A stretch of 45,493 nt of DNA from an uncultured Nitrososphaeraceae archaeon (GCA_963765895.1 CAVXZB010000069.1:1-45493); one strand, 5' to 3'. Positions 22,575-34,520 are shown, counted from the stretch's first letter. Notes: generated by a model from the sequence alone, not told the origin. Numbers and translations are program-made.

Positions 22575-23038
22575 CAGAATAGAAAAGTCCTAATTGGTTG
22601 GTTCATGATCATGTTCATTGTACTATTGTTAACCAACCAACTTGGTACTCAGGTATGGTAAATATATGTAGATAATCTTAACTTTATTGCTCACAAATGG
22701 CATGTCTTAATTTACCTTAAATGCTGTGTCGGTGTATATACACATAAAGGAACAAAAGATACACAAGATAAGTGCTAGATTCAAAATAATATAGAAGTAA
22801 ATCTATCTGAGAGTAGATGTGTGTATTCTGACAAATTTAGATTCTGTAATTAAAATCATCAAAAAATACACAACAATATCGATCACTATTGCATATCAGT
22901 CAATCGTCCGTTTCTACTACTAAAAATACAAAATACTCCAGTTGCCTGATATGAGTCTTTGCGACTTCTTTTTATTGTGTCATGAATCAAACATAGAAAT
23001 TCGAAAATGTGTCCACTATAATAGCAGTTAACTTACCG

Positions 23039-23245
23039 TTAACATTCTCTTGTAGGAGTTACCGCCTGCATCCTAGAAAATACGATATTGCAAAAATGAC
23101 AGTACAATTCACGTGAAGGATAATATCTCTTCATAATACTTTTTGTAAGTACCAGATAAATTGAACTTTGGCATTTTGGACAACCAAACAATCTTTTATT
23201 CAGTCCTTTTCTAAAGTTAGTCTTATTTTCGAAATTTATTTGCAT
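23039..23245 (-). CDS. small zinc-ribbon protein
   Basis: CPKC...CHFC pair. Confidence 0.55.
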   Translation of the reverse strand: MQINFENKTNFRKGLNKRLFGCPKCQSSIYLVLTKSIMKRYYPSRELYCHFCNIVFSRMQAVTPTREC

Positions 23246-23627
23246 ATGAATGATGTTTACTTAGCTATCTTTTAGATGATGAGATTATATCTATAATTTA
23301 ATTTTTATTATAATATCACATTAAGTAATAAATTGAACAATTGTACATTCTCAATCTCTTGGATGTCATATCCTGTATCAAGATAGAGGTTCTGTTTCTC
23401 TTTATTGATATTATAAGACGATCTTTTGACTACGATATGAGACAATGTATGTTTTTTTATAGTAGCCTTGATATTACGTGTACTAGCCGCACTTACAATA
23501 ACAGATGCACCGTAAACCTACCTGATGTATTTATTGGTCTATAAACATCTTTCTTTCGGATGATTTATCCAGTCATAATCAAAGCATTCTCAATTTAGTT
23601 TTTGATTAGATCAAGCTGATCGATTAG

Positions 23628-24642
23628 TCAGCCGTAAATCGATTTTTGCTGCTCTTGTTGTTCTTGGTTAACTTGATGATCTGCTTGCTGTTGCTGATCT
23701 TGTACCGATCTTATGATCTCTTGCATACGGAGCTTTAATGAAGCACCTTCATCTCTAAGCTTCTTTACATCTATTTTCAAATCCTCATTATCAGTGATCT
23801 TACTAATTGCTTCGATCATAATCGCAGCCCCTTCTGGATCAGGGATCCCACTGGGAGCAGGAATAAGTACCAGCTGTACACTGGATCCCGTTTGATAAAC
23901 ATGATGATAACAATCCACCTGAAATTCCTCCGATGAATGCAGTATGTTCATTGGTTTTCCCGTTAGTAATTTTATTACCTTTGCCTACTTGTTGATCTTG
24001 GAATTGAATCGTGTTACCACTAATATTACCATTATTATTGTCATCAACTCTGGCACTAGTCACATTTTCATCTTCTTCATTACCAGATAATATTATTGGT
24101 TCTCTATCCGAATTCGGCAAACCTTGAACAGGGATACCTTCGAGGACTAGCACTTCCTTGACATGATTATTTATAGACCATCTAATAACAGTATCCAACA
24201 GGGAATATATGCCGTGTATAAGTATTGGCGCTTCACATACTAGCACGCAAACATTGTGGTGAACATTAGCATATAAACGGAATGGGTGTCTCAATTTTCC
24301 ATCAACATAGATCACACCAGGCGAAATGAATTGGGATTCAACGCACGCTATTTGTTGCATATTTAGTTTGTCAATAATATAACTGGTAGCAATTGAGCCT
24401 ACAAAGCCAGGTCCAGGAAATCCCGCAACAAGAATTGGGTTATTGTTTTTTAATTTTGTTTTGTTATTTTTAAAGGCTTTTGTAAGTTTTATAGTCGTCT
24501 TTCCATCAACTGCCGCTATGTCTGTAAAATCCCCAATGATTTTAGTGTGGTTATTACTGCGCCGCTCTTCTAGCAACTTGCTATTTGTATGTTTGATACC
24601 TCTTGATTCAATATTTTCAATATTCGTTGCCAATAATATCAC
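23628..24642 (-). CDS. PAC2-family proteasome assembly chaperone; frameshifted
   Basis: LVAGFPGPGFVGSIATSYI, RHPFRLY, IGGISGGLL, PDPEGAA, KIDVKKLRDEG. Confidence 0.9.
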
Positions 24643-24847
24643 TTTAGCTGTTAATACTGATAATACTTTCTGACTTATCTTTTATGCTATTATCGAATTC
24701 TTCTTCTTCCCTGACAGATAGAGGTTAATGATGCGTGTTTGAAAACTTAAACGTATAAAATAATAATGCTAGCAGAAAGTAATCAAACCTTGGAAAGGAT
24801 ATTGTCTCTTTCTGTCAGAACTCTATCTCTTTTGCATAATTGGGATA

Positions 24848-24882
24848 TCATATCAAATATAATTTGATTTGATTTGATATGA
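24848..24882. promoter_or_regulatory. 11-bp inverted repeat TCATATCAAAT-N13-ATTTGATATGA
   Basis: Perfect IR with extra ATTTG units in the spacer, between the divergent PAC2 and zinc-finger genes. Confidence 0.4.
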
Positions 24883-25021
24883 CTATAATATAATACAAGA
24901 TTTACTTTTTTATGCACACTATTTAGATCTAGTGCACTATATTGTGATCATAGGATAACGTTAGTTCATGACGAACAGGTTTTATTCTTACTTTTGTGCA
25001 TTATGATGTAAAAGAATTTAC

Positions 25022-25180
25022 ATGAAGGTCAACAAACACGTGCACGAGTATCTGCGGAGCACCTTGACATTCAAGTATACGGAATGTGAAAATTGCAAAT
25101 ATAGGACTCAGTTTGGTTGCACAAGATGTGGTTATTGTTGGAGCTGTCATTACCAGAAAGAGCAATCAGAAAGAGAGTGA
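25022..25180 (+). CDS. 52-aa Cys-rich microprotein (not in ORF track)
   Basis: MKVNKHVHEY...CENC...CTRCGYCWSCH...ERE*. Confidence 0.7.
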   Translation: MKVNKHVHEYLRSTLTFKYTECENCKYRTQFGCTRCGYCWSCHYQKEQSERE

Positions 25181-25225
25181 CTAAAAAAGTTATTTACTAG
25201 AGATTTATCTCCGATATCTTACCAT

Positions 25226-25438
25226 TTGCGATATGACAAGTTAGATGATACAGATCGATTAGGACATGAGAATCATTACGAAAAAGTAACAGTAGTCGAT
25301 GTATTTGGGAAAGTGTCAGAACCGACTTGCAACTACCTTGGATGCCATCACAAATTTTCAGTACATGGAGATGAATCTCATATTTGTAAGTGTAGGCATC
25401 CGCAAAATCGAATTATAGGAATGTCAAGGAGCATTTAG
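25226..25438 (+). CDS. small Cys/His-rich protein, possibly the C-terminal part of the preceding gene
   Basis: CNYLGCHHKFSVHG...CKCRHP. Confidence 0.6.
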   Translation: MRYDKLDDTDRLGHENHYEKVTVVDVFGKVSEPTCNYLGCHHKFSVHGDESHICKCRHPQNRIIGMSRSI

Positions 25439-25471
25439 AAAACGTCTAGTTCTATTTAGACTGAGAATTAA

Positions 25472-26017
25472 CTATTTAGAATTATATCTTTCAGCTGCCT
25501 CAAGGATTAGATTCTTTGCCGATTCCTTGCGTTTCCATCCTAGAATCTTTACATATTTGTTTTTTTCCAAGTCCTTGTGGTGTTCGATGAAATATTAAAG
25601 CTTATTGCGCATATAGACTGGAATATCATTCATATCATCTATATTTGAGAAACTAGGATCCACCTTTGTTACAGGCACTGCGATAACTTTTGAATCAGTA
25701 CCCTTCTGATCCTGAGTTAGCACTACTCCTACTGGGCGGGACTTTATAATTGATGTTGGAATTAATGAATAATTGCCAAGCACAAATGCATCCATATGAT
25801 CACCATCTTGTCCTCTCGTGTCTAGAATATATCCATAATTACATGGATAGATCATTTTGACTGTTAGCACCCTATCTACAACAATTACTCCGGCTTCGAC
25901 ATCCATTTCATATTTAATAATGCTATCTTTAGGGATTTCAATCATTATATTGATCTCAAATAATGTGTCCTCTGGTAGGTTGGTGGTCGCCAATCCTAAA
26001 CTACTATAGAGATCCAT
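25472..26017 (-). pseudogene. ppa: family I inorganic pyrophosphatase with an internal TAA
   Basis: EIPKDSIIKYE, YPCNYG, DGDHMD, DSKVIAVP. The frame continues past TAA at 25595-25597 as YFIEHHKDLEKNKYVKILGW... to 25472. Confidence 0.9.
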
Positions 26018-26484
26018 TTACAATAATAATTATTATTGTTCTTGTTCTTGTTCTTGCACTTATACTGAGAGCTGGTTAAAAAATTTCTATATGTAAGCTC
26101 TCCCATCCAATCATATATGAAATCGATAGAAACATTAGATTGAATAACCAGATAAGGACAATTATAAATGGTTTAGAAAAAGATTAGGATAAAGCCTGTG
26201 ACAATCTGTTTTCATAATTGATTCACAAGAATTGAAGGTACAGCTTCCTATGTTTTCTGTTGGGATTTCAAAATGAACTATGCTTGGCAAACTCATTATT
26301 CACGCTCATTATTCACCGTTTTTATTTTTTGAGGTAAGTTTTAAAGGTATAGTCTAGCATAAGCCTGGTTAGAGTAAACCGTTATTGTTAGTTATTCGTA
26401 AACTTTTAACATTAATCTGCTCCCAAGAAGACATTTGTAGGATTAGCTGTCAAAATTTGATTAAATTGACCAGATTAACTTTCT

Positions 26485-28067
26485 TCATCCATTTGAAGCC
26501 AACGTTTGCATACCTGTATTAGGATCTAGGGATAGTTTACTAGCATGAGCGCCATCGCTGAAATCCAACATGTTATCAATTTTTCCAGCCTTTGCATCAA
26601 ATGATAGATTTCCAAGTCTACCTAATCCCCAGTTGTCTTCAATAAACCGAATAATAGATGTCTGGTCAGTAATGGAATGATCTACAAAGTTTGTCTTTGA
26701 GTATGGTGAAATTACTAGCAATGGAAGACGTGGACCGTATCCACAACGATCTTGATGCGCACCTCGAGAAACATGTCCACATAGGTCAGATCCTAATAGT
26801 TTATCATATTTCGGATCGTTAGATTGACTAATTATGGGCGGCATCATATGATCGTACCAGTCATCAGAATCATCATATGAGATTATGATTGCAATATCAC
26901 TCCATTCCGGAAGCTGCTCGATACGATTGATTGTTGAGACAAGAAAATGTTGTTCGTCTATTGGGTCAGAGTATCCGGCATGCCCATTTTGGTACTGGGT
27001 GCTTTTAGGAAACTTACTGCAGGTAGGTTTCCATTTTCAGCTGCGTTCCAGAAATCGCTCAAATCATATTGATGATTTGCTTGATCTGTATTTCCTATCA
27101 TCGCAACTTTAGTTGGAGGCAAATGATGAGGATTAGCTGTCATGCTATAATACATAAAGGGTTCATGATGTGGAACATAATCTTTCTCTTCAGTGCCATT
27201 TATGTTCTTATGTACAGGCCACATACTGCCCTGCCATCGGCAGTTTTGCTAGTTGGTTTAAATCCTCCTTGGAACCATCCCCAGGTTATATTTTTCGAGT
27301 TAAGGATAGTACCGATATTTCTTCCACTCATTGCTATTTTTGTGCCACTTGAACAATCATCAAAACGAGGATCTGGATCGGCTATAACCGTCCCATTAGC
27401 TACAGTATCAGCCATATTGGCAGGGGTTGCGCCGTGAGTTTGACCAGATATGAGATTTAAAGCTCCAGGAGTAGATGGGCCAAATGTGGTACAGAGAATT
27501 ATCGCTCATGGCAAAATGTTGTGCATAATTCCACAAAGCCGTAACAGTATTTCCATCGAAGTAACCCATAACCTGTTTCTTGTGAGCTGCATCGGTACAA
27601 CCTGAATCAGTTGAGCTAGCAAATTCTATAAATTTGTCTAACAGTCCACCATGGTAAGCTTGTTGTTCTGCTGAATATTCATGATCCATATCGCAGGTTA
27701 TTGCCTGAGATCTGTCTAATCGAAATGGATTCACTGAATAGTTGCCATTAGGATTATTTATTAGAAGATCAGAGGATAATCCGTTCACAGAGGATAATCC
27801 GTTCACAGATGATGTAGCAGGACTAGACGTAAACTTTGGTTCTCCTGAGGGATTTGTAGCATTAGGATAAGTGGCAAAGTAATGATCAAAGGATACATTT
27901 TCTTGGAATATAACTACAAGATGTTTAATGGAAGTATTTGTCTTGGATATCGATGCAACTGCAGCTTCTGTAGCTGCATCGTTTATGGATAATAAAATAA
28001 TGCTTGAAACGAGAAGCCGAGTCCCAGAAATAGACATGATCAATGTTATTAATTTATTCATAAACAA
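26485..28067 (-). CDS. secreted phosphoesterase / phospholipase C (AcpA-like) family protein; several frameshifts
   Basis: IKHLVVIFQENVSFDHYF, YAQHFAMSDN, HHEPF, LPAVSFLKA, GYGPRLPLLVISPY, DQTSIIRFIEDNW. Confidence 0.92.
27770..27805. repeat. 18-bp in-frame tandem duplication
   Basis: CAGAGGATAATCCGTTCA x2, encoding SVNGLS twice. Confidence 0.9.
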
Positions 28068-28330
28068 AAATTGAAAGTCGTTGTTCTCTTGTTTGCATTA
28101 CCCAGGTGTTTCTTATTGAACATATTGAACTATGCTATCTATATAGATATCAGCATGACCGATATCATTCTAACATGAGGTTAGTTTCATACCAAGGTTC
28201 TAAACCCCAGTAGGATACACTTTATGTCATCAGCTGAATCCCACGAATAAAGATTGTGAAACGATATTCGAATATAAGGAAGATGCCATATTACTATATA
28301 TTAAATTCAATTGAATCTGTTTTGAAGTGC

Positions 28331-28404
28331 CTCAAATCTTCGTCAAATGCCAGTCAAATAGTCTGTCAAATAGTCGTCAGATCTATGTCATATAGCCTTC
28401 ATGT
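28331..28404 (+). repeat. helically phased GTCAAAT direct-repeat array
   Basis: Units start at 28331, 28342, 28353, 28365, 28376, 28387 and weakly 28398; spacing 11-12 bp. Confidence 0.8.
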
Positions 28405-28491
28405 TCATTTTAAGCCGATTTTCACAACTAAATTTATTAATTATTCTGTCTGTTTTATTGTTGCTTTTGTAATATTTATTGAGATATAGAA

Positions 28492-29416
28492 TTGGGTTCG
28501 AAGATTCCAAAGCCAATAAAAATTGAGGTTATTAGAAAATGGCTCCAAGGGAAAAGCAGAGATCAAATTGCAAATGAAGTACAAATCGGAGCTGGTACTG
28601 TAAGTGGCATAGTTAAGGAATATAGAAGGGATGATCCCGAATTTGACCTGCTAAGGGAAGTTGGCCTAAACCTCGTAAACAGAGGTATGAAGGTAGAATC
28701 ATTTGCAGCCTTGATTAGGTTGAGAGAAGTTCTTGAAGAAAAGGAATGGTTATTAGATGTTAGACCAGGAGAGGAGGAGAAGGATGGAGAAGATGGAGAA
28801 GAAGATTATATCTACGATCTCGACCAAGTAACTGAAAAGAAAATGGAGTCCTTGATAGTAAGCCTGGAAGTATTTTGCTTTAAACAGAACCTATCCACAA
28901 AGCAGTTTTTTGATAGTATTTATAAAATGTATTGGGCAGTAGATAAGCTCAATATCCCTCTTGAGAATTTTCCAGAGTATATTGAACAATTGAAAGTTAA
29001 AAAAGATAATCTAATAGATCAAATACAACAACTAGAGTCAGAAAAACAAATCTCATTGGAAAGTTATCATACAACTAAAAAAGGACTTGAAGAGTACCTG
29101 GAATGATAGGCCATTATTTGAAAAAAACCAACAATTAAAGCAGGAACTACAAGAAGCAAAACAAGAAGGAGACAGATATAAAACAGAGCTAGAACATATG
29201 AGAATTTGGAAACGTAAAGAAGAACAAATGAGGTGGCAGATCCCAGAAGGAGAGTTATACAAAGCTGGTAAGGATCTGAATTATTCAAAACAAATGTTAA
29301 GTCCAGAAAATCTAAAAAAAATAGTAATGGACGTTTACTCCCATCCAAGTAAATACACTGAAGTAATTAGATTAATGATAGAACGCTATCATTTGGAACA
29401 TAAAGAGAAAAGCTGA
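28492..29416 (+). CDS. N-terminal HTH / coiled-coil protein; frameshift near 29095
   Basis: WLQGKSRDQIANEVQIGAGTVSGIVKEY HTH; E/K/Q-rich heptad C-terminus continues in ORF 29087-29416. Confidence 0.75.
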
Positions 29417-29814
29417 TGATGGGTACAATGTCTTTCACTATATCCAGAGCGTCATTGTTAAACATAGTCCCATTTCAAGCCACACTACAACAAATATAAA
29501 TTTATTCGATTTATGATCTTTGAAATTAATTATGAACTTGGTTGTTGTATTAGACTGCAATATTACTTACAAGCTGAAAATCTATCAGTACATTCTGCAA
29601 GAATAGAGGAATTTCACGATGAGATAATTCATTTACAATCACAGACACAAAAAATTCAACAAGCAATTAATGACGTCTATAAATCTAAAAAGTCAAAGAA
29701 GGATAAGAAAAGTAAAATGAAATCAAAGAGTATGAAAAACAAGAACCAAAAGTAATCGTCATCATACACACATAAAATGAAAAATATGCGGAGTAAGTTT
29801 TAATAGAATTATAT

Positions 29815-30405
29815 TTGCTTAGACATGCTGAGTCAATAAAGGGTGCTGGTCTAAGCCTTGGCACTACTAGTAGAAATTCTGGACTTACAGAAAATGGGAA
29901 AAAGGAAATCACAAGAATGGCAAAGTCAATAAAGAGATTTAACGTTAAATTTGATGCAATCTCAACAAGTCCTCTAAATTCTGCGATGCAGACTGCAAAG
30001 ATAATTTCCAGTACTTTCAAAATAAAAGATGGCATGGTAAATCGTGATGAATTGGTCCCAGAAGGTAATATGCTAAAATTGTACAATAGGTTGCAACATT
30101 TTACATCAGAATCGTCCATACTCATAGTCGGACATGAGCCATATATCAGTAATATAATAGATGATATGATTCCACAGCAACGAAGCAAAAGTGGCTTAAG
30201 GAGATCAGTAACAAATAAAACAAGAGTGAAAGGTATAGCCAGACCTGAAAGAAGCATTGTCGTCAAGAGAGGCGGATTGGCCAAGATAAGGATAATTTCA
30301 ACTACTCCTGAACTAAGAGGAGAGTTAAGATGGTTACTTACACCAAGAATTCCAAAATCCTTATCTGAAGAGTCATACAGGCGAAAAGACCAGACAGAAA
30401 AATGA
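29815..30405 (+). CDS. sixA: SixA-like histidine phosphatase
   Basis: LYLLRHAE, LTENG, TSPL..AMQTA, ILIVGHEPY, GELRWLLTP. Confidence 0.88.
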   Translation: MLRHAESIKGAGLSLGTTSRNSGLTENGKKEITRMAKSIKRFNVKFDAISTSPLNSAMQTAKIISSTFKIKDGMVNRDELVPEGNMLKLYNRLQHFTSESSILIVGHEPYISNIIDDMIPQQRSKSGLRRSVTNKTRVKGIARPERSIVVKRGGLAKIRIISTTPELRGELRWLLTPRIPKSLSEESYRRKDQTEK

Positions 30406-30578
30406 AAATCAGGCGATTGACAAAGTTTTGTAAAGATATTTGTAAATTATCTAAAGCTAAAAGGGATAACGCATCACCAAGTTATTACAATTTCGGATGT
30501 AAGCGCTGTATAGAATGTGAGATATTTCTCAGATATGACGGTATGAGATGTCCTTGCTACGATCAGATCAGTAAATGA
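30402..30578 (+). CDS. 58-aa Cys-rich microprotein overlapping the sixA stop (ATGA)
   Basis: MKIRRLTKFCKDICK...GCKRCIECEIFLRYDGMRCPC...*. Confidence 0.65.
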   Translation: MKIRRLTKFCKDICKLSKAKRDNASPSYYNFGCKRCIECEIFLRYDGMRCPCYDQISK

Positions 30579-31399
30579 GTATCGTTAACCATAAAAGCAG
30601 AGTTAAATATCTGTCTATCTGGAAGGCATTTTTTAGATTCTCTTCTAAGGATTTTGTCATTGACAGAACCTACACTCTACCTTATGTTATAAAATTATAA
30701 AACAATTTTTATCTGGCTTCTTACTTCTTCCAATATCTATATTCGAATATTGCTGCAGAATTAAGAGTTAAATACAAGTTTATCGCTCTCATTTATCGAC
30801 TTTTATTGTATACGATCTAATATCAGGATGAGTAGAGTGCTGCCAACATTCCAAACAATAATCCCCGCTATCGTGAAATATATGTGCAGTCCTGGTTTTA
30901 CATTTAATATATATCCATGTTACTCTTACTAACCATTCGTACTACTAACATAAGACTAAGCCCATAACAATTTATGTCAAGTTATTTTCACCGGTATCAT
31001 AATCATTAACATTCGGCGACAACACGATAGGTTTCAATTTTCTCGTTTTATTATTTTTATTGCTATTATCTTTATTCTTACCCTCTTTACAGCCAATCTC
31101 ATCAGTAGTCATCTTTTGCATAGTAGATCTACTAACAATTCTAAAGTATGTATATAAACCTAATGTATATGAAATATTTTGACTAAAATGATCACATTGT
31201 ATGGTTCACTATCTACATATTAGATTGTCTGCAGTCTTATTTTGGATAAACCTTTCATCATAATAAGTAAAAAATCGACCTTGTTCTCATAAGTCATCTA
31301 TAGTTATAGATGATTGGAAATTGAATTTCATTTCAATAAATAATGTTTCAGCATTATATTCTAATTTATATCTCTCATTCTGAAAAACCGTAATGAGTC

Positions 31400-31880
31400 A
31401 TTAAATCTCTGAGGAGATGCCCTTCCTGAACCTTGTGAAGTATCTCTGGTAAGGTACAACTAATTTTATTCACATGTTCATATGAATTGGGCCTAAAATG
31501 GCCATTATTTACAGTCTTAAGCAGAATCAATTTATCATCCGAAGTTACCTCTAAATCGATTGGCTGTGGGCTAACGCGACCAACTATTATCGAGTTAATA
31601 TCACTATTATGATGTCTACTGTTATTACCCGCTTATGACACCCTCCACACTTTGCCCATTATTTCTATTTGCAATGGAATTTGCAGAATCGCAGAGAGAG
31701 TTCATCGTTCCATGTGCTCTATTGATTTGTACAATATCCATCCCATATTTCAAAAGCTCTTCAATAAGTTGTGTCTGATGGACAACCTCAACATCAACAG
31801 TTACCATAATTCTAGTTGTTCGTCCTGCACCTTGGTCGTCCTAGGAGTGATCTGCTGCGGTTAGCTAGAATGTTTTGTGC
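31400..31880 (-). pseudogene. pyk: pyruvate kinase remnant
   Basis: RTTRIMVT...LIEELLKYGMDIVQINRAHG and KISCTLPEILHKVQEG fragments; stops and frameshifts; most of the gene missing. Confidence 0.65.
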
Positions 31881-31993
31881 CTCCTTATACGTTACCTTCT
31901 GTAGACGGATTGCTAGTAACTTCTAAATATAATATTTTCAGCCCAATAAAGATGGAAAAAAGTACAAAATGAGGATGGGGATACAAGTCAGAA

Positions 31994-32557
31994 TTGGGAT
32001 CTAACCATCTTTCCTATGTCCCAAGAATGATTTTCTTTACAAGAGGGAAAGGCGTACACAAGGATTATCTTACGAGCTTTGAGTCTGCTCTGCGCGATGC
32101 TTCAATTGGAGATCTAAATCTTGTCTTTGTGTCCAGTATCAAACCTCCACAATGCAAAATAGTGAGCAAAGACGAAGGAAGAAAACACTTGAAACCGGGT
32201 CAGATCGCTTTTACAGTTATGGCCAGATCTGCCACTAATGAACCGAATAGATTAATTGCCGCATCTATAGGTTTAGCCAGACCTGTTGATGATATGCAAT
32301 ATGGATATTTATCTGAGCATCATTCGACCGGAGAAACGGCTCAGAAGGCTGGAGATTATGCAGAGGATATGGCTATGGAGATGCTGGCTACAGTAATAGG
32401 TTTACCAGATTACACTACGCTTGCCTGGGATCAGAGGGAGGAACAATGGAGGCTTTCGGGAAAAATTTACAAGACACAGAATTTTACGCAGTCTGCGCAG
32501 GGCCACAAGGATGGACGGTGGACAACTGTTCTTAGCGCAGCAGTATTAATATTATGA
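31994..32557 (+). CDS. pdaD: pyruvoyl-dependent arginine decarboxylase
   Basis: SFESALRDA, NLVFVSSIKPP (Ser-Ser autocleavage site), GYLSEHH, WTTVLSAAV. Confidence 0.92.
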   Translation: MGSNHLSYVPRMIFFTRGKGVHKDYLTSFESALRDASIGDLNLVFVSSIKPPQCKIVSKDEGRKHLKPGQIAFTVMARSATNEPNRLIAASIGLARPVDDMQYGYLSEHHSTGETAQKAGDYAEDMAMEMLATVIGLPDYTTLAWDQREEQWRLSGKIYKTQNFTQSAQGHKDGRWTTVLSAAVLIL

Positions 32558-32576
32558 GTGTGCATATTATATCATA

Positions 32577-33518
32577 ATGTCAAAATCTTCTTCCTTCGAT
32601 AATATTTTATACCCAATGATTTTGAGGAATATCTAAACAAGTCTGAGCGAAATATTCAACGTGTAAATAACAAGCTAGACGATTACCTTAAAGCTCCAAA
32701 TGAAGAACACATACACGATATTAGAACATCTATCAGAAGATTACGGGCTAGCTACCAATCGCTTCCAAAATCAATTCGAAAATAAAAAGAAAATAAAGAA
32801 ATTTGTAGCGAAAAGCAAAGGAGCTTTTTTCTATAAATAGCAAGGTCCGAGATTACGACATAATTTTTGAAATGCTGTCCGAATATATGTCCAGTGAGCT
32901 GGCGCCAAAGCATGAACAGCAACAATTATCACAATCCTCACGAGCAATCTCAAACATATTAAAGTCTTTGGAAACTGTCAGAAATAGGGAGCTAACTGAG
33001 TCTAAAACATTAGCAGTGGAGTTAAGAAAATTATCCGTTCCTAAACTTGGTGATAACAATATTAATATATCTGAAAAAAGTTGAAGAAGAGGTTTAATAA
33101 TGTTGTTGGCAAATTAGCTAACACTATTGAGAAGAATTATCCTGTAGTATTAAGTTCTTCTAAAAGATTAACCGAGTTGCACGAAATGCGAAAGAATTGT
33201 AAAAAGCTGTGATATCTATTGGAACTTCTGCCTATTGATGCGGATGGAAAGAATCAAGACAAAGATAAAGTTTCTCAGCTGATAGATGAATTAGAAAAAG
33301 TCCAAGATATGCTTGGTACGATTCATGATTATGATACTACTATTGCATATATAAAAAAATATCTGGAAAATCATTCCAAAGACCGCTCCCTTGACAACAT
33401 TGTCAAATATGTATACGAAGATAGACAAAAAAAATTCGAACAGTTTATAGAACACTGTAGGGTAGATCTTTCAAACTCTAAGGACAATTTGTTTCTTAAT
33501 ATTATGAATATCAATTGA
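32577..33518 (+). pseudogene. CHAD-domain (polyphosphate-binding) protein, disrupted
   Basis: HIHDIRTSIRRLRA, LHEMRKNCKKL*YLLE, LEKVQDMLGTIHDYD; frameshifts plus in-frame stops. Confidence 0.85.
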
Positions 33519-33868
33519 TATAAGTAGAACACAATTATCTATAATCCCGCAGGATAATGTCTACTCTCCGTTTAAATCCTAATTCACATATGATAACCCA
33601 AAGAAATTTTTCTTTTTGTTTGCAGCCATTTATATCCATATTTAATGATTTATCTATCATGGAGACTTTCATTTTTCATGGAATTGAATAAAGAGAGTTT
33701 TAATATACTTGGAAATAAACATCGCATATTTGCTCTATTTTTATTGATGAGAAGATACGACGTAGGGATAGGTATTAAGATGTAATTTAGTGTGACTTTT
33801 TGATAATATTTTCTATATAAACTAAATAAATTATGCTTTATTTATTTTGTAATTTTATCATTTTATTT

Positions 33869-34520
33869 TTACCATCTATCCCAGTGCATCACTTTTTGAA
33901 TGGGCTCACGAAGCGCAGGTCTAAAGTCAGTACCTATAGTATAAGCTACAGGAATTAATGCGGCTTGCATAACTTCTTTATATGGAATATCCAAAATATC
34001 TGCAGCTTCTTCTTCGAATAGTAAATGAAAACTAGTCCATGTCGTGCCTAATCCAAATAGACGGGCTGCTAACATAAAGCTCCAAGCTGCCTGGGCCAAT
34101 TGAACCCCAGGCTGCGCTCTGCGCGGCTACAGTCTGTCCTAGATCAGTTCGTGGTGTTACACATGGAATTACATGAATTGGAACTTCCTTTAAATGCTCT
34201 GCTAGGTATTGAGCAGATGACATTATTTTTAGTTGAGTAGCTTTACGTCTAGGATCATCAAACTTTAGATTGCCAGCTGCGTTAGGACGATTTACGTACG
34301 TTTCCCACCCTTTACGAAAGAGTTTTGCAAGTCTTGCTTGTTTGTTAGAATCCTCCACTATTATAAAATGCCAATTTTGCATATTTGAAGCGTTTGGGGC
34401 TTGTTGGGCTATTGTAGTACATTCTTCAATAACTTTGCGATCTACTGATCGTGTCAAGTCAAGCCGCTTGCGAACGGTACGGGTGGTCGTTAATAATTCC
34501 CTAGGAGACAGAGTTAACAA
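33869..34520 (-). CDS. nitroreductase family protein; frameshift near 34095
   Basis: LLTTTRTVRKRLD, AQQAPNASNMQNWHF, AAWSFMLAARLFGLGTTWT. Confidence 0.9.

Noticed and set aside
28331-28404. Repeat array as a CRISPR
   Set aside because: 7-bp units with 4-5-bp linkers; no cas genes.
29513-29755. Lys-rich-tailed 80-aa ORF as a histone-like protein
   Set aside because: Only low-complexity support; the start region looks non-coding.
29685-30284. 199-aa minus-strand ORF
   Set aside because: Antisense to sixA; no motifs.
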